A DNA stretch of 64,000 nt from Clostridia bacterium (GTDB lineage: Bacteria > Bacillota > Clostridia > Oscillospirales > Acutalibacteraceae), in assembly GCA_017532185.1 (NCBI GenBank), contig JAFXJO010000096.1, positions 1,834 through 65,833 on the forward strand, given 5' to 3'. Below are positions 8,817-18,122 of this stretch, one piece after another. The notes below the pieces were generated by a model. That model worked only from the letters and a program-made list of their open reading frames with translations, was not told the origin of the DNA and searched no databases. Every line of letters starts with the position of its first letter. Within the stretch, counting starts at the first letter, position 1. A program made the translations under genes and the position numbers.

Positions 8817-11800
8817 ATGAAAAACAGGAATACCTTTCGCAAGGTTATAAGTTTTATGCTTGTGCTTGCAATAATCTTTGTGAGCATTCCGTTCAGCGCA
8901 AGCGCAGAGCAAGCAACAATCAGATTCGGTGTTCTTTCCGATATCCATTATTTTGCTGATTCTCTCAAGAGCGACTGCGAAGAATATGATGAATGGCTCT
9001 ACAACAAGCATAAGGAATATGATGACACAGACGCACTTCTTGACAACGCTCTCGACGGCATTCTGCGCAATGCCGTTGAGGACGGTGCAACATACATTCT
9101 TATCCCCGGCGATATGACAAAAGACGGCGAAAAGAAGAGCCACGAAGCTCTTGCCGAAAGACTTGCCGAGTTTGAAACAGAAACAGGCATTCAGGTTTTT
9201 GTTGTTCCCGGCAACCACGATATCAACAACTCAAAGGCAATAACCTTTGAAAACGGTTATGAAGAGCCTGCCGAAATGACTTCTCCCGAAGATTTCCGCG
9301 AGATTTATGCAGATTTCGGTTATGCCGACGCAGACAGCGTTTTTGTTCCCGAAGCAGGCAACAAAGGCGGTATGCTCTCTTATACCGAGGTGCTCGGCAA
9401 CTATAAGCTCATCGCCATTGACAGCTGTATGTACAGCGAAGATAACGGCGCCGAGGGTGACGAGCATATGACCGACGGCAGAATCGGCGACGACCTGCTT
9501 GAATGGATTCTCGCTGAATGCGAGGACGCCAAAAAAAGAGGTCTCACGATTATCGGTATGCAGCACCACAACCTTATTCCTCATATGGCAATTGAAGAAG
9601 CCACCTTCTGGGCCTTCGTTGTTCAGGAATGGATTCAGATTGCGGAAGCCTATGCCAACGCAGGTATGCATTTTATGTTTACCGGTCATCTTCACACAAA
9701 CGACGTTTCATCGCATATCTCCGATAGCGGCGAAATTATCTATGATATTCTCACACCCACTCTTACGGGTTACCCCAACTGCTACAAAATCGTTGATTTT
9801 GTTTCAGACGGCAGAAAAGTTGATTTCAGGATGAAAACTCTTGACATTGACGAATATCAGAACGTTATCGCGCCCGACGGCACTCCCTATGAAAAACCGT
9901 TCAAGCTCACCTATTCGTTTGAACGCACCTTCGGCAAGGACAGCGTTAAAGACCTGCTTGACGGAATTATCAAGCCGTTTATAACCGGTCTTTTTGAGGA
10001 TATCTCCGCAGAAGGCGGTCTTATTAAATATCTTGCCGCAAGCGGTCTTGACCTTGAGCAGATAATCGTTGACGCCCTCGGCACAAACGGTCTCGCAATC
10101 GGCAACGTTGATATTCTCACGGTTAAAACAAACCTTATGGGTCTTATCAATGATATCGGTTCTCAGGTTGACAGCGTTTATATCAATCAGCCCGAGCTTA
10201 CGCTTGAAAAAGTTGACACAATCCTTAATAAACTCCTTTCGTTTGAACTCAGCGATATGCCTGCAACTTATCTCAACGAAACACTCGGCTATGAGGTTGA
10301 GGGCGGCTGCACCGTAAGCCAGCTCGCAACAACGGTTATGCTCGCACATTACGGCGGCGATGAGGATATTGAAAACTTTGCCTACGTCAAAGATATTCTT
10401 GAAGGCTTTGACAGCGGCGTGCTCACAGAAAAGTTTTTCAATCTGCTTCTTGAGGTTGTTGTTGACGACCTTGTTAAAAACGAAATACTCGCAAATATCA
10501 ACCTCAATCCCGGCGCACTTTTCCCGCCCAAAACCCTGTTTGCCGTTTTAGGCAAAATTCTTCAGGGTGCAACCGAAGCACTTCTCGGCGGAGATAACAG
10601 CCTTCTCAACCTTGTTGAGTCCGTTCTCGGTCTGCCCGTTGTGCCTGAAGAATATTCTTCACTCGACGCAATCATTGATAACCTTGCCGGCAAATATCTG
10701 ACGTTCAGCCAGTTTGAATCCTGGGGTTACACAATCTCTTGGATGCTCGGCTCATTCTTCTATGATATCGACCCCGAAGAAAAGATGGACAGCAACGTAA
10801 ACTTCATCTATAAGGGCCCTGTTGCGGTTAAAGCTACAAAAGAAAACTATCGCCTTCCCTCACAGATAGCCGTTACTCTCGGCGAAGATTCCGCAACCGA
10901 AGCAACCATCACTTGGCTCACAAAATACAGCCTGACCGCAACGGATATCGAGTTGATTCCCTATAGCGAGAATCCTGCTTTCACAGGCGCACCCACTTCC
11001 GATTCAAGAATCAACGCTTCGAAAAAAACCGTTATCAGAAGCTATCCCGGCGCAGATATCGGTCTCCTTCTTCCTATTCTGCCCTACGAATCGGAGTTTG
11101 TTTACCACACCGTAAAACTTACAGGTCTTGAGCCCGGCACAAAATACAGTTTCCGTGTTGGCGACGCTGAAAAAGGCTGGTGGAGCGATGCAGGCGTTAT
11201 TCAGACTGCAGGCGGAGCAGACGAAGCCTTCAGTTTCATCTATGTGACCGACCCGCAGGCACAGCGCCCTGACCATTACGACAGATATGCGGAAACCGTT
11301 GAAACCGCCCACGCGCTCTATCCCGATGCAAGGTTTGTTGTTTCTGCAGGTGACCAGGTTGATATGGGCGGTAACAATAAGCATTGGAACTATTTCCTCA
11401 ATTCAACCGACGAGTTCCTCAAAATGCCGTTTATGCCCACCACAGGCAACCACGAAAAGGACGGAGCAGTTATCACAGGTATCTTCGCCCTTCCCAACGT
11501 GCCTGAGCAAGACCTGGAATCCGGCGTCTTCTATTCATATGAATATAACGGCGTTCATTTCACCGTTCTCAACACAAACGACGATGAAGACGATAAGCTC
11601 AGCGACGCACAGATTGACTGGCTCACAAACGATATAAAGAACAGCAATGCGAAATTCAACATCGTTGTTCTTCATAAAGCGCCCTATTCCAACGGCTCAC
11701 ACTTTGAAGACGGCGACGTTGAAGGCTTCAGAAGCCAGCTCAGCGCTCTTCTGCCCTACCTCGGAGTTGACCTTGTTCTTCAGGGTCACGACCACGTTTA

Positions 11801-12272
11801 TCTGCGCACCGACGTTCTCAACGGCAACGCCATTGTTCCCACAAAGAGCGAAACCGTAAGCTATAACGGTCAGGATTACGAGATGAAAATCAATCCCAAG
11901 GGAACAATATATTCCATCTGCGGCACATCGGGCGTTAAGGTTTATGATACCGTTGATGTTACGGCAACCGACGGCTCTTTCCCCAGAGCAGAAGCTATTG
12001 TTGAAAGCAAATATTCAATGTTCAGCGCAGTAACGGTTGACGGCAACAGACTCTATTATAACGCCTATCAGGTTGTTGACGGCGAAGCAGTCTGCGTTGA
12101 CTCGTTTGCGATTGAAAGCACCGATACAGCAGCTCCCTCCGATAAGGTCGGCGCTCTTGACGATATGCTCACAAACTTCCTTGCAATGCTCAACATCAAG
12201 CTTGTCTGGAAGCCTCTCAACTTCATTCTCGGTCTTTTCGGCAAAATGCTTGCCCTCTTCGGAATGATGTGA
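8817..12272 (+). CDS. Secreted tandem metallophosphoesterase (calcineurin-like domain + Fn3/purple acid phosphatase-like domain)
   Basis: Signal peptide (ASA-E). Domain 1: SDIH/GD/GNHD/HH/GHLH. Domain 2: TDPQ/GDQVD/GNHE/LH/GHDH, preceded by LTGLEPGTKYSFRVG. Confidence 0.85.
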   Translation: MKNRNTFRKVISFMLVLAIIFVSIPFSASAEQATIRFGVLSDIHYFADSLKSDCEEYDEWLYNKHKEYDDTDALLDNALDGILRNAVEDGATYILIPGDMTKDGEKKSHEALAERLAEFETETGIQVFVVPGNHDINNSKAITFENGYEEPAEMTSPEDFREIYADFGYADADSVFVPEAGNKGGMLSYTEVLGNYKLIAIDSCMYSEDNGAEGDEHMTDGRIGDDLLEWILAECEDAKKRGLTIIGMQHHNLIPHMAIEEATFWAFVVQEWIQIAEAYANAGMHFMFTGHLHTNDVSSHISDSGEIIYDILTPTLTGYPNCYKIVDFVSDGRKVDFRMKTLDIDEYQNVIAPDGTPYEKPFKLTYSFERTFGKDSVKDLLDGIIKPFITGLFEDISAEGGLIKYLAASGLDLEQIIVDALGTNGLAIGNVDILTVKTNLMGLINDIGSQVDSVYINQPELTLEKVDTILNKLLSFELSDMPATYLNETLGYEVEGGCTVSQLATTVMLAHYGGDEDIENFAYVKDILEGFDSGVLTEKFFNLLLEVVVDDLVKNEILANINLNPGALFPPKTLFAVLGKILQGATEALLGGDNSLLNLVESVLGLPVVPEEYSSLDAIIDNLAGKYLTFSQFESWGYTISWMLGSFFYDIDPEEKMDSNVNFIYKGPVAVKATKENYRLPSQIAVTLGEDSATEATITWLTKYSLTATDIELIPYSENPAFTGAPTSDSRINASKKTVIRSYPGADIGLLLPILPYESEFVYHTVKLTGLEPGTKYSFRVGDAEKGWWSDAGVIQTAGGADEAFSFIYVTDPQAQRPDHYDRYAETVETAHALYPDARFVVSAGDQVDMGGNNKHWNYFLNSTDEFLKMPFMPTTGNHEKDGAVITGIFALPNVPEQDLESGVFYSYEYNGVHFTVLNTNDDEDDKLSDAQIDWLTNDIKNSNAKFNIVVLHKAPYSNGSHFEDGDVEGFRSQLSALLPYLGVDLVLQGHDHVYLRTDVLNGNAIVPTKSETVSYNGQDYEMKINPKGTIYSICGTSGVKVYDTVDVTATDGSFPRAEAIVESKYSMFSAVTVDGNRLYYNAYQVVDGEAVCVDSFAIESTDTAAPSDKVGALDDMLTNFLAMLNIKLVWKPLNFILGLFGKMLALFGMM

Positions 12273-12285
12273 TTTAAATAAGATT

Positions 12286-12317
12286 TCCGCCCCGAAAAGC
12301 TTCGGGGCGGATTTTTT
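12286..12317 (+). terminator. Intrinsic terminator
   Basis: TCCGCCCCGAA-aagc-TTCGGGGCGGA followed by T6. Confidence 0.85.
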
Positions 12318-12338
12318 GTTTCAACCGCAAAAAGAGCC

Positions 12339-12367
12339 TTGAATATACCTTTGCCGGATGTTATAAT
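12339..12367 (+). promoter_or_regulatory. SigA-type promoter of the murD-like gene
   Basis: TTGAAT-N17-TATAAT with extended TG. Confidence 0.65.
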
Positions 12368-12391
12368 GGTTTTGATTGGAGATGTTTAACT

Positions 12392-13693
12392 ATGTTTCAG
12401 CAGTTGATTGAATATTTTAAAGAACGCAAGGTGCTTGTGCTCGGCTTTGGCAGAGAAGGCAGGTCAACCTATGATATCATCCGCCACAATCTTCCCGATA
12501 AGCACATCGGTATTGCCGATGTGCGCGAGGTTACGGTGCACGATGATAACGTAACTCTTCATTGCGGCGCAAACTATCTTGACGCAATAAAGGAATACGA
12601 TACCGTTATCAAAACTCCGGGTATGTCTTTCAAAGACGTTGTTGTTCCCGAGGGAGTTGAAGTTACCTGCCAGACAGACCTGTTTCTGCGTTTTTCGGAC
12701 TGTGTTTGCGTTGGCGTTACAGGCACAAAAGGCAAAACCACAACCTCAACCCTTATCTACGGTATGGTAAGGCAATCGGGCAAAAAAGCCTGCCTCATCG
12801 GCAACATCGGTGTGCCTGTGCTTGACAGCCTTGAAAACGAACAGGTTGACGTTGCGGTTATCGAAATGTCATCGCACCAGCTTGAATTCACAACCGCTTC
12901 GCCTCACGTTGCGGTTATGACCAATATTTATCCCGAACACCTTGACCACTATAACGGCTTTGGCGGTTACGTTGGTGCAAAGCTCAATATCATCCGCCAC
13001 CAGACGGGCGGCGACTATTTTGTTTGCAATGCGGAACAGGATTTTGACCGTTATTTTGATTTTTCAAACTCCAAAACCTCAGTTATCAAGGTTGGACTTA
13101 ACGGAAGCAAGGGTGACGAGGATATCATCGCCGCCGCAAGCGCAAACGAACGCCTTAAAGGCGCTCACAACAGGCAAAACGTCTGCGTTGCCGCAACCGT
13201 TGCCCGTTGCCTTGGCATAAGCGACAGCGATATCCTTAAGGCTGTTGAGAATTTTGCAGGCATCGAAAACAGAATGGAGCCTGTTGGCGAATACAGCGGA
13301 ATCAAATTCTATAACGATTCAATTGCAACCATTCCTCACGCGGTTGAGTGCGCCATTGAAGCTATCGGCGACGTAGATACGCTGATTTTCGGAGGCATGG
13401 ACAGAGGCATTGACTATTCGGGCTTCAAGCGTTTTCTGCAAAAATGCCGTGTACGCAATCTTATCGGTACACCCGATACGGGCATTGATATCTGCAATGC
13501 ACTCATCGAAAGCGGTTGTCCGAAGAACATCGTGCTTGCACAGGACCTTGAAGAAGCGGTTGATGCCGCATTCAGATATACCGAAAAAGGCAAAAGCTGC
13601 CTGATGTCGCCTGCCGCATCAAGTTATAATGTATATAAGGATTTTGAAGATAAGGGCAACCATTACAAGCAGCTTATCAGAGAGCATAAATAA
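12392..13693 (+). CDS. murD: UDP-MurNAc-L-Ala:glutamate ligase (MurD family, MurD2-like signatures)
   Basis: TGTKGKTTT P-loop, EMSSHQL, EHLD, NDSIAT, SPAASSYN...FEDKG. Confidence 0.88.
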   Translation: MFQQLIEYFKERKVLVLGFGREGRSTYDIIRHNLPDKHIGIADVREVTVHDDNVTLHCGANYLDAIKEYDTVIKTPGMSFKDVVVPEGVEVTCQTDLFLRFSDCVCVGVTGTKGKTTTSTLIYGMVRQSGKKACLIGNIGVPVLDSLENEQVDVAVIEMSSHQLEFTTASPHVAVMTNIYPEHLDHYNGFGGYVGAKLNIIRHQTGGDYFVCNAEQDFDRYFDFSNSKTSVIKVGLNGSKGDEDIIAAASANERLKGAHNRQNVCVAATVARCLGISDSDILKAVENFAGIENRMEPVGEYSGIKFYNDSIATIPHAVECAIEAIGDVDTLIFGGMDRGIDYSGFKRFLQKCRVRNLIGTPDTGIDICNALIESGCPKNIVLAQDLEEAVDAAFRYTEKGKSCLMSPAASSYNVYKDFEDKGNHYKQLIREHK

Positions 13694-13698
13694 AGCAA

Positions 13699-13738
13699 AA
13701 CCGTGTGCCGCATCAATGCCGCACACGGTTAATTTTTT
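13699..13738 (+). terminator. Intrinsic terminator after murD
   Basis: AACCGTGTGC...GCACACGGTT followed by a T-run. Confidence 0.7.
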
Positions 13739-13739
13739 A

Positions 13740-13768
13740 TTGACAACGTTATTCAAAAGGAATATAAT
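13740..13768 (+). promoter_or_regulatory. Perfect SigA promoter of tRNA-Ala
   Basis: TTGACA-N17-TATAAT. Confidence 0.85.
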
Positions 13769-13781
13769 CACAATATAATAA

Positions 13782-13857
13782 GGGCCCGTAGCTCAGTTGG
13801 GAGAGCGTTCGGTTCGCATCCGAAAGGTCATGGGTTCGAATCCCACCGGGTCCACCA
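13782..13857 (+). tRNA. tRNA-Ala (anticodon CGC)
   Basis: Cloverleaf with GGGCCCG/CGGGTCC acceptor stem (G3:U70), anticodon stem TTCGG-TT CGC AT-CCGAA, GGTTCGAATCC T-arm and encoded CCA. Confidence 0.97.
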
Positions 13858-13860
13858 AAG

Positions 13861-13894
13861 AAAGCCACCACAGCTAAAACTGTGATGGCTTTTT
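13861..13894. terminator. Bidirectional terminator between tRNA-Ala and nanA
   Basis: AAAGCCACCACAG...CTGTGATGGCTTTTT. Confidence 0.75.
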
Positions 13895-13937
13895 GTTTTA
13901 TTATTCTGTAAAAATGCCGATTTGCCGCAATTATCAA

Positions 13938-14816
13938 TTAAAGTGCAGCCGCGATGCGAGCCATTGCTTCGTTTGCTTCTTTGGTAAGAGGCAGGAAGGG
14001 TCTTCTGCAGGGGCCGCAGTCGATACCAAGGTGAGTCATAATTGCCTTTTCGCAGGGAAGAACAGTATACTTGATCATTTCAGCAATGATTTCGTTGGCT
14101 TCTGTCTGGATTTCCTGAGCCTTCTCAATGTTGCCTGCTTTGAATTCGTTATAAATTCTGATGAACTTATCACCCATAAAGTTATATGTGCTGCCGATTG
14201 CACCGTCTGCACCCATTGCAAGACCGCCAAGGCACATTTCATCAAAGCCGTTGAAGATTGTAACGGGTCTGTCAATCTTCTGCTTGAACTGATGAAGAGT
14301 ATAAAGGTCATTTGATGTGTGCTTGATACCCATATAGCGTTCATCCTTGAACATTTCAGCAGCATAATCTGCAGTGAAAGTTACACCGCTGCCGCCGGGG
14401 AAGTTATAAACAACCATGGGAATATTTACGCTTGAAACGATATCGTCATAATATTTTCTGATTGCGGGGAAAGAGAAGCCATAGTAAAGAGGAGCAACTG
14501 CCGAAACTGCATCATAACCGAGAGCTTCTGCGGTTTTTGCCATGCCGATTGCTTCGTCCGTTGAGATTGAACCGCAATGAGCAATAAGCGGAACCTTGTC
14601 GCCTGCCGCTTCCTTAACAATGCGGAAAACTTCCTTGCGCTCTTCTGCGGTCATAATAAGACCTTCGCCTGTGCTGCCGCCAACGTAAAAACCGTTGATG
14701 CCCTTTTCGAGGTTGAACTCAACAAGCTTTTTGAGAGAAGCTTCGTTGATTGAATAATCGTCCTTGAAGGGTGTAAGCAATGCTGTAAAAATACCGTTCA
14801 TTTTATTCATCTCCAA
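13938..14816 (-). CDS. nanA: N-acetylneuraminate lyase (DapA/NAL family)
   Basis: GFYVGGSTGE, YNFP, GIKHTS Schiff-base Lys, NGFDEM, GAIGSTYN. Confidence 0.85.
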   Translation of the reverse strand: MEMNKMNGIFTALLTPFKDDYSINEASLKKLVEFNLEKGINGFYVGGSTGEGLIMTAEERKEVFRIVKEAAGDKVPLIAHCGSISTDEAIGMAKTAEALGYDAVSAVAPLYYGFSFPAIRKYYDDIVSSVNIPMVVYNFPGGSGVTFTADYAAEMFKDERYMGIKHTSNDLYTLHQFKQKIDRPVTIFNGFDEMCLGGLAMGADGAIGSTYNFMGDKFIRIYNEFKAGNIEKAQEIQTEANEIIAEMIKYTVLPCEKAIMTHLGIDCGPCRRPFLPLTKEANEAMARIAAAL

Positions 14817-14824
14817 AATAAAAA

Positions 14825-16075
14825 TTATTCATATAAGGGATATTTGCGGCAGATTTCGTTAACGCCTTCTCTGATTTTTTCAACATTGTTTTCGAAATCG
14901 GTTGCGCAAAGATAAATGAATTCTGCGATTTTATCCATATCCTCTTCAACAAGACCTCTTGAAGTTGCGGCGGCTGTTCCGAGTCTTACGCCGCTTGTAA
15001 CAAAGGGCTTCTCGGGGTCGTTGGGGATTGCATTTTTGTTTGCAGTAATGTAAACCTCGTCCATTCTGCGTTCAAGCTCTTTGCCCGTAATGCCGAGAGA
15101 ACGAAGGTCAACAAGAATAAGGTGGTTATCGGTACCGCCCGAAACAAGGTTAACACCTCTTGACGTGAGACCCTTTGCAAGAGCTGCGCAGTTGGCGATA
15201 ATCTGCTTCTGATATGCTTTGAATTCAGGCTTGAGAGCCTCACCAAAGCAAACTGCCTTGGCGGCGATAACGTGCATAAGAGGACCGCCCTGGTTGCCGG
15301 GAAAGATAGCCTTGTTGATTGCGGCTTCAAGCTCTGCTTTGCAGAGAATAAGACCGCCTCTGGGACCTCTGAGTGTTTTATGAGTTGTTGTTGTTACGAT
15401 ATCTGCATAGGGCACGGGTGAAGGATGAAGACCTGCGGCAACAAGACCTGCAATATGAGCCATATCAACCATAAAATATGCGCCGACTGCTTTTGCGATT
15501 TTTGAAATACGCTCAAAATCGATTGTTCTTGCATATGCGGATGCGCCTGCAACAATAAGCTTGGGCTGAACTTCATTTGCAGTTTTTTCAAGCTCATCGT
15601 AGTTGATGTAGCCGTCATCGCCTACGCCGTAGGGAACAAACTTATAAAGCTTGCCGCTTGCGTTAACGGGTGAACCGTGAGTGAGGTGACCGCCGTGAGC
15701 AAGGTTCATGCCCATAACAACGTCGCCGGGCTGAAGGATTGCGGAATAAGCCGCCATATTTGCCTGTGCGCCCGAGTGAGGCTGAACGTTTGCCGCTTCT
15801 GCACCAAAGAGTTCTTTTGCTCTGTCAATGGCAAGCTGCTCAACAACGTCAACGCATTCGCAACCGCCGTAATATCTTTTGCCGGGATAACCCTCGGCAT
15901 ATTTGTTTGTGAGAACGCTTCCCATTGCAGCCATAACTGCAGGTGAAACGATATTTTCTGAAGCGATAAGCTCAATGTTTCTTCTTTGTCTGCCAAGCTC
16001 GGCAGCCATTGCATCGCCTATCTCTTTGTCATATTTTGATACAAAGCTTATGGTGTCAAGGTAATCTGAAAACAT
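14825..16075 (-). CDS. glyA: Serine hydroxymethyltransferase
   Basis: [35 protein letters not shown]. Confidence 0.98.
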   Translation of the reverse strand: MFSDYLDTISFVSKYDKEIGDAMAAELGRQRRNIELIASENIVSPAVMAAMGSVLTNKYAEGYPGKRYYGGCECVDVVEQLAIDRAKELFGAEAANVQPHSGAQANMAAYSAILQPGDVVMGMNLAHGGHLTHGSPVNASGKLYKFVPYGVGDDGYINYDELEKTANEVQPKLIVAGASAYARTIDFERISKIAKAVGAYFMVDMAHIAGLVAAGLHPSPVPYADIVTTTTHKTLRGPRGGLILCKAELEAAINKAIFPGNQGGPLMHVIAAKAVCFGEALKPEFKAYQKQIIANCAALAKGLTSRGVNLVSGGTDNHLILVDLRSLGITGKELERRMDEVYITANKNAIPNDPEKPFVTSGVRLGTAAATSRGLVEEDMDKIAEFIYLCATDFENNVEKIREGVNEICRKYPLYE

Positions 16076-16229
16076 TTAAAAATCCTCCCGAAAGCCATAT
16101 TTATCTATTATAATAGAATGATACCACGAAAGCCGCGTATTTGTCAAACTGCATTATTAACAAAAAACACTTGTATTCTCGGTTTAAATAGGTTATACTG
16201 TATGGGAATATATTTAAGGAGATGGACCC

Positions 16230-18059
16230 ATGGATCCTATTAAGGTTGATTTTTCAAAAAAAGACGGCAGCAGGAAAAACGATATCGTTGTTCCTCCCGA
16301 AAGAGCTGCGCTCAAAATTATCCTGAGCGTTCTCTGCTCAGCGGTTTTTGCAGGTCTGCTTTTCTATTTTATGCTTCCTGCAATTAACTTCAAGGCAATT
16401 GAGTTCTATATTTATCTTGCCGCAGTTGCAGTTTCTTACATCATTTTCAGCGCTGTTTTTTCAAACGCGTTGGCCAAGCCCGAATATATGCCCTACGTTA
16501 AAAAGCAGGCAAGAATTCCCGGCATCTTAATCGCTGCTCTGATTGTTGTTGTTGCGATAGGTTACCTTTTCTCCTGCCAGCTTTTCAGAGCAAAGGATTA
16601 CAGCCGCATCATCACAGTTACCGAAGCTGATTTCAAGCAGGGCATCGAAAGCATCGAAGACCACGAATCCTTTGTTGAAGTTCCCCGTCTTGACGGCGAT
16701 TCCGCAAACCAGATTGCAACCAGAGGTCTCGGCGACCTCGCAAAATTCGGTCTCGAATCACAGTTCAAGGTTTCAGAAGAAAATAACAACCAGATTAACC
16801 TTGACGGTAAGCCCACTCGCGTTGTTCCTCTTGAATATGATAATATCATCAAGTGGTTCTATAATACAAAAGCGGGTATCCCCGGTTACATCAAGATTGA
16901 TATGTCCAGCATGGAACAGAAGCTTGTTAAGCTTGATGACGGCAAATATATCAGATATTCAACCGCAGAGCATTTCCAGTATAACCTCAAGCGTCATCTC
17001 CGCTTCAATTATCCCACCTATATGTTCGGCGACGCAACCTTTGAGGTTAAGGAACTCGGCAACGAAAAGTATCAGACCTATTGGGTATGCCCCATTCTCG
17101 ATAAAACCATCGGTCTTTTCGGCGGCACAGACGTTAAGGGCATCATTCTCGTTGATGCCATAACAGGCGAATGCACCGAATATTCTATGGACGAAATCAT
17201 CAAAAACACCGACCTTTCCTGGATTGACCGTGTTTATGATTCAGACCTCGTTGTTGAGCAGTATAACTATTACGGTAAATACCGCGACGGTTTCTTCAAC
17301 TCCCTTCTCGGTCAGCAGGGCGTTGTTGCAACAACCGAAGGCTATAACTACATCGCTCAGAAAGGCGACGTTTGGATGTATACAGGCGTTACTTCCGTTA
17401 CAGGCGATAACTCGCTCACCGGCTTCGTCCTTGTAAACCAGAGAACAAAAGAAACAAAGTTCTATGAGGTTGCAGGCGGTACCGAAAGCTCTGCCCAGAA
17501 CTCAGCTCAGGGTCTTGTTAAGGACCTTCAGTATACCGCAACCTTCCCCATTCTTCTCAATATCGGCGGCGAGCCCACTTACTTTATGTCTCTCAAGGAC
17601 GAAAACAACATCGTTCAGCAGTGCGCTCTCGTTAACGTTCGTCAGTATAACAGCATCAGCGCAAACAACAAAGACCTCGCAGAATGCCTTAATATCTACA
17701 TTGACGAACTCAAAAAAGCCAAGGTTGAGGTTGACTTTGACTCCGAAAGCCTTGTTAATCCCAACACTCCCTCAACCGATAACAGCCCCGAAGCAACTCC
17801 CGTTCCCGGCGTTATCACCGATATCCGAACCGCAGATAAGGACGGCAATACCTACTATTATATTAAGCTTGATTCAAACGCAGCTTACTTCTCCATTGCC
17901 GTAAAAGATAACGAAAACGTTGTTCTCCTCAACAAGGGTGACAAGGTAACGGTTTATTACGAAGGCAATGCCGAAGGCGATATCGTTGCAGCAAAATCAA
18001 TTGAAACTGCCGTTGCCGAAGAGGCAGCGCCCGAAGCTCCCGCCAACCCTGCAGAATAA
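16230..18059 (+). CDS. Membrane protein with about 3 N-terminal TMs and a large extracytoplasmic domain, function unknown
   Basis: AGGAG RBS, TTGTAT-N17-TATACT upstream, 609-aa ORF with host-like codon use. Confidence 0.8.
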   Translation: MDPIKVDFSKKDGSRKNDIVVPPERAALKIILSVLCSAVFAGLLFYFMLPAINFKAIEFYIYLAAVAVSYIIFSAVFSNALAKPEYMPYVKKQARIPGILIAALIVVVAIGYLFSCQLFRAKDYSRIITVTEADFKQGIESIEDHESFVEVPRLDGDSANQIATRGLGDLAKFGLESQFKVSEENNNQINLDGKPTRVVPLEYDNIIKWFYNTKAGIPGYIKIDMSSMEQKLVKLDDGKYIRYSTAEHFQYNLKRHLRFNYPTYMFGDATFEVKELGNEKYQTYWVCPILDKTIGLFGGTDVKGIILVDAITGECTEYSMDEIIKNTDLSWIDRVYDSDLVVEQYNYYGKYRDGFFNSLLGQQGVVATTEGYNYIAQKGDVWMYTGVTSVTGDNSLTGFVLVNQRTKETKFYEVAGGTESSAQNSAQGLVKDLQYTATFPILLNIGGEPTYFMSLKDENNIVQQCALVNVRQYNSISANNKDLAECLNIYIDELKKAKVEVDFDSESLVNPNTPSTDNSPEATPVPGVITDIRTADKDGNTYYYIKLDSNAAYFSIAVKDNENVVLLNKGDKVTVYYEGNAEGDIVAAKSIETAVAEEAAPEAPANPAE

Positions 18060-18065
18060 AACCAG

Positions 18066-18093
18066 AAGCCGCTTCTTGATATGAAGCGGCTTT
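18066..18093 (+). terminator. Probable terminator
   Basis: AAGCCGCTTC...GAAGCGGCTT followed by Ts. Confidence 0.6.
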
Positions 18094-18122
18094 GTTAAAC
18101 TTTCTTTCGCGAAAGGACAATT

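Noticed and set aside
13782-13940. tRNA-Ala as an integration site
   Set aside because: No integrase and no duplicated tRNA 3' end seen; a terminator and housekeeping genes follow.
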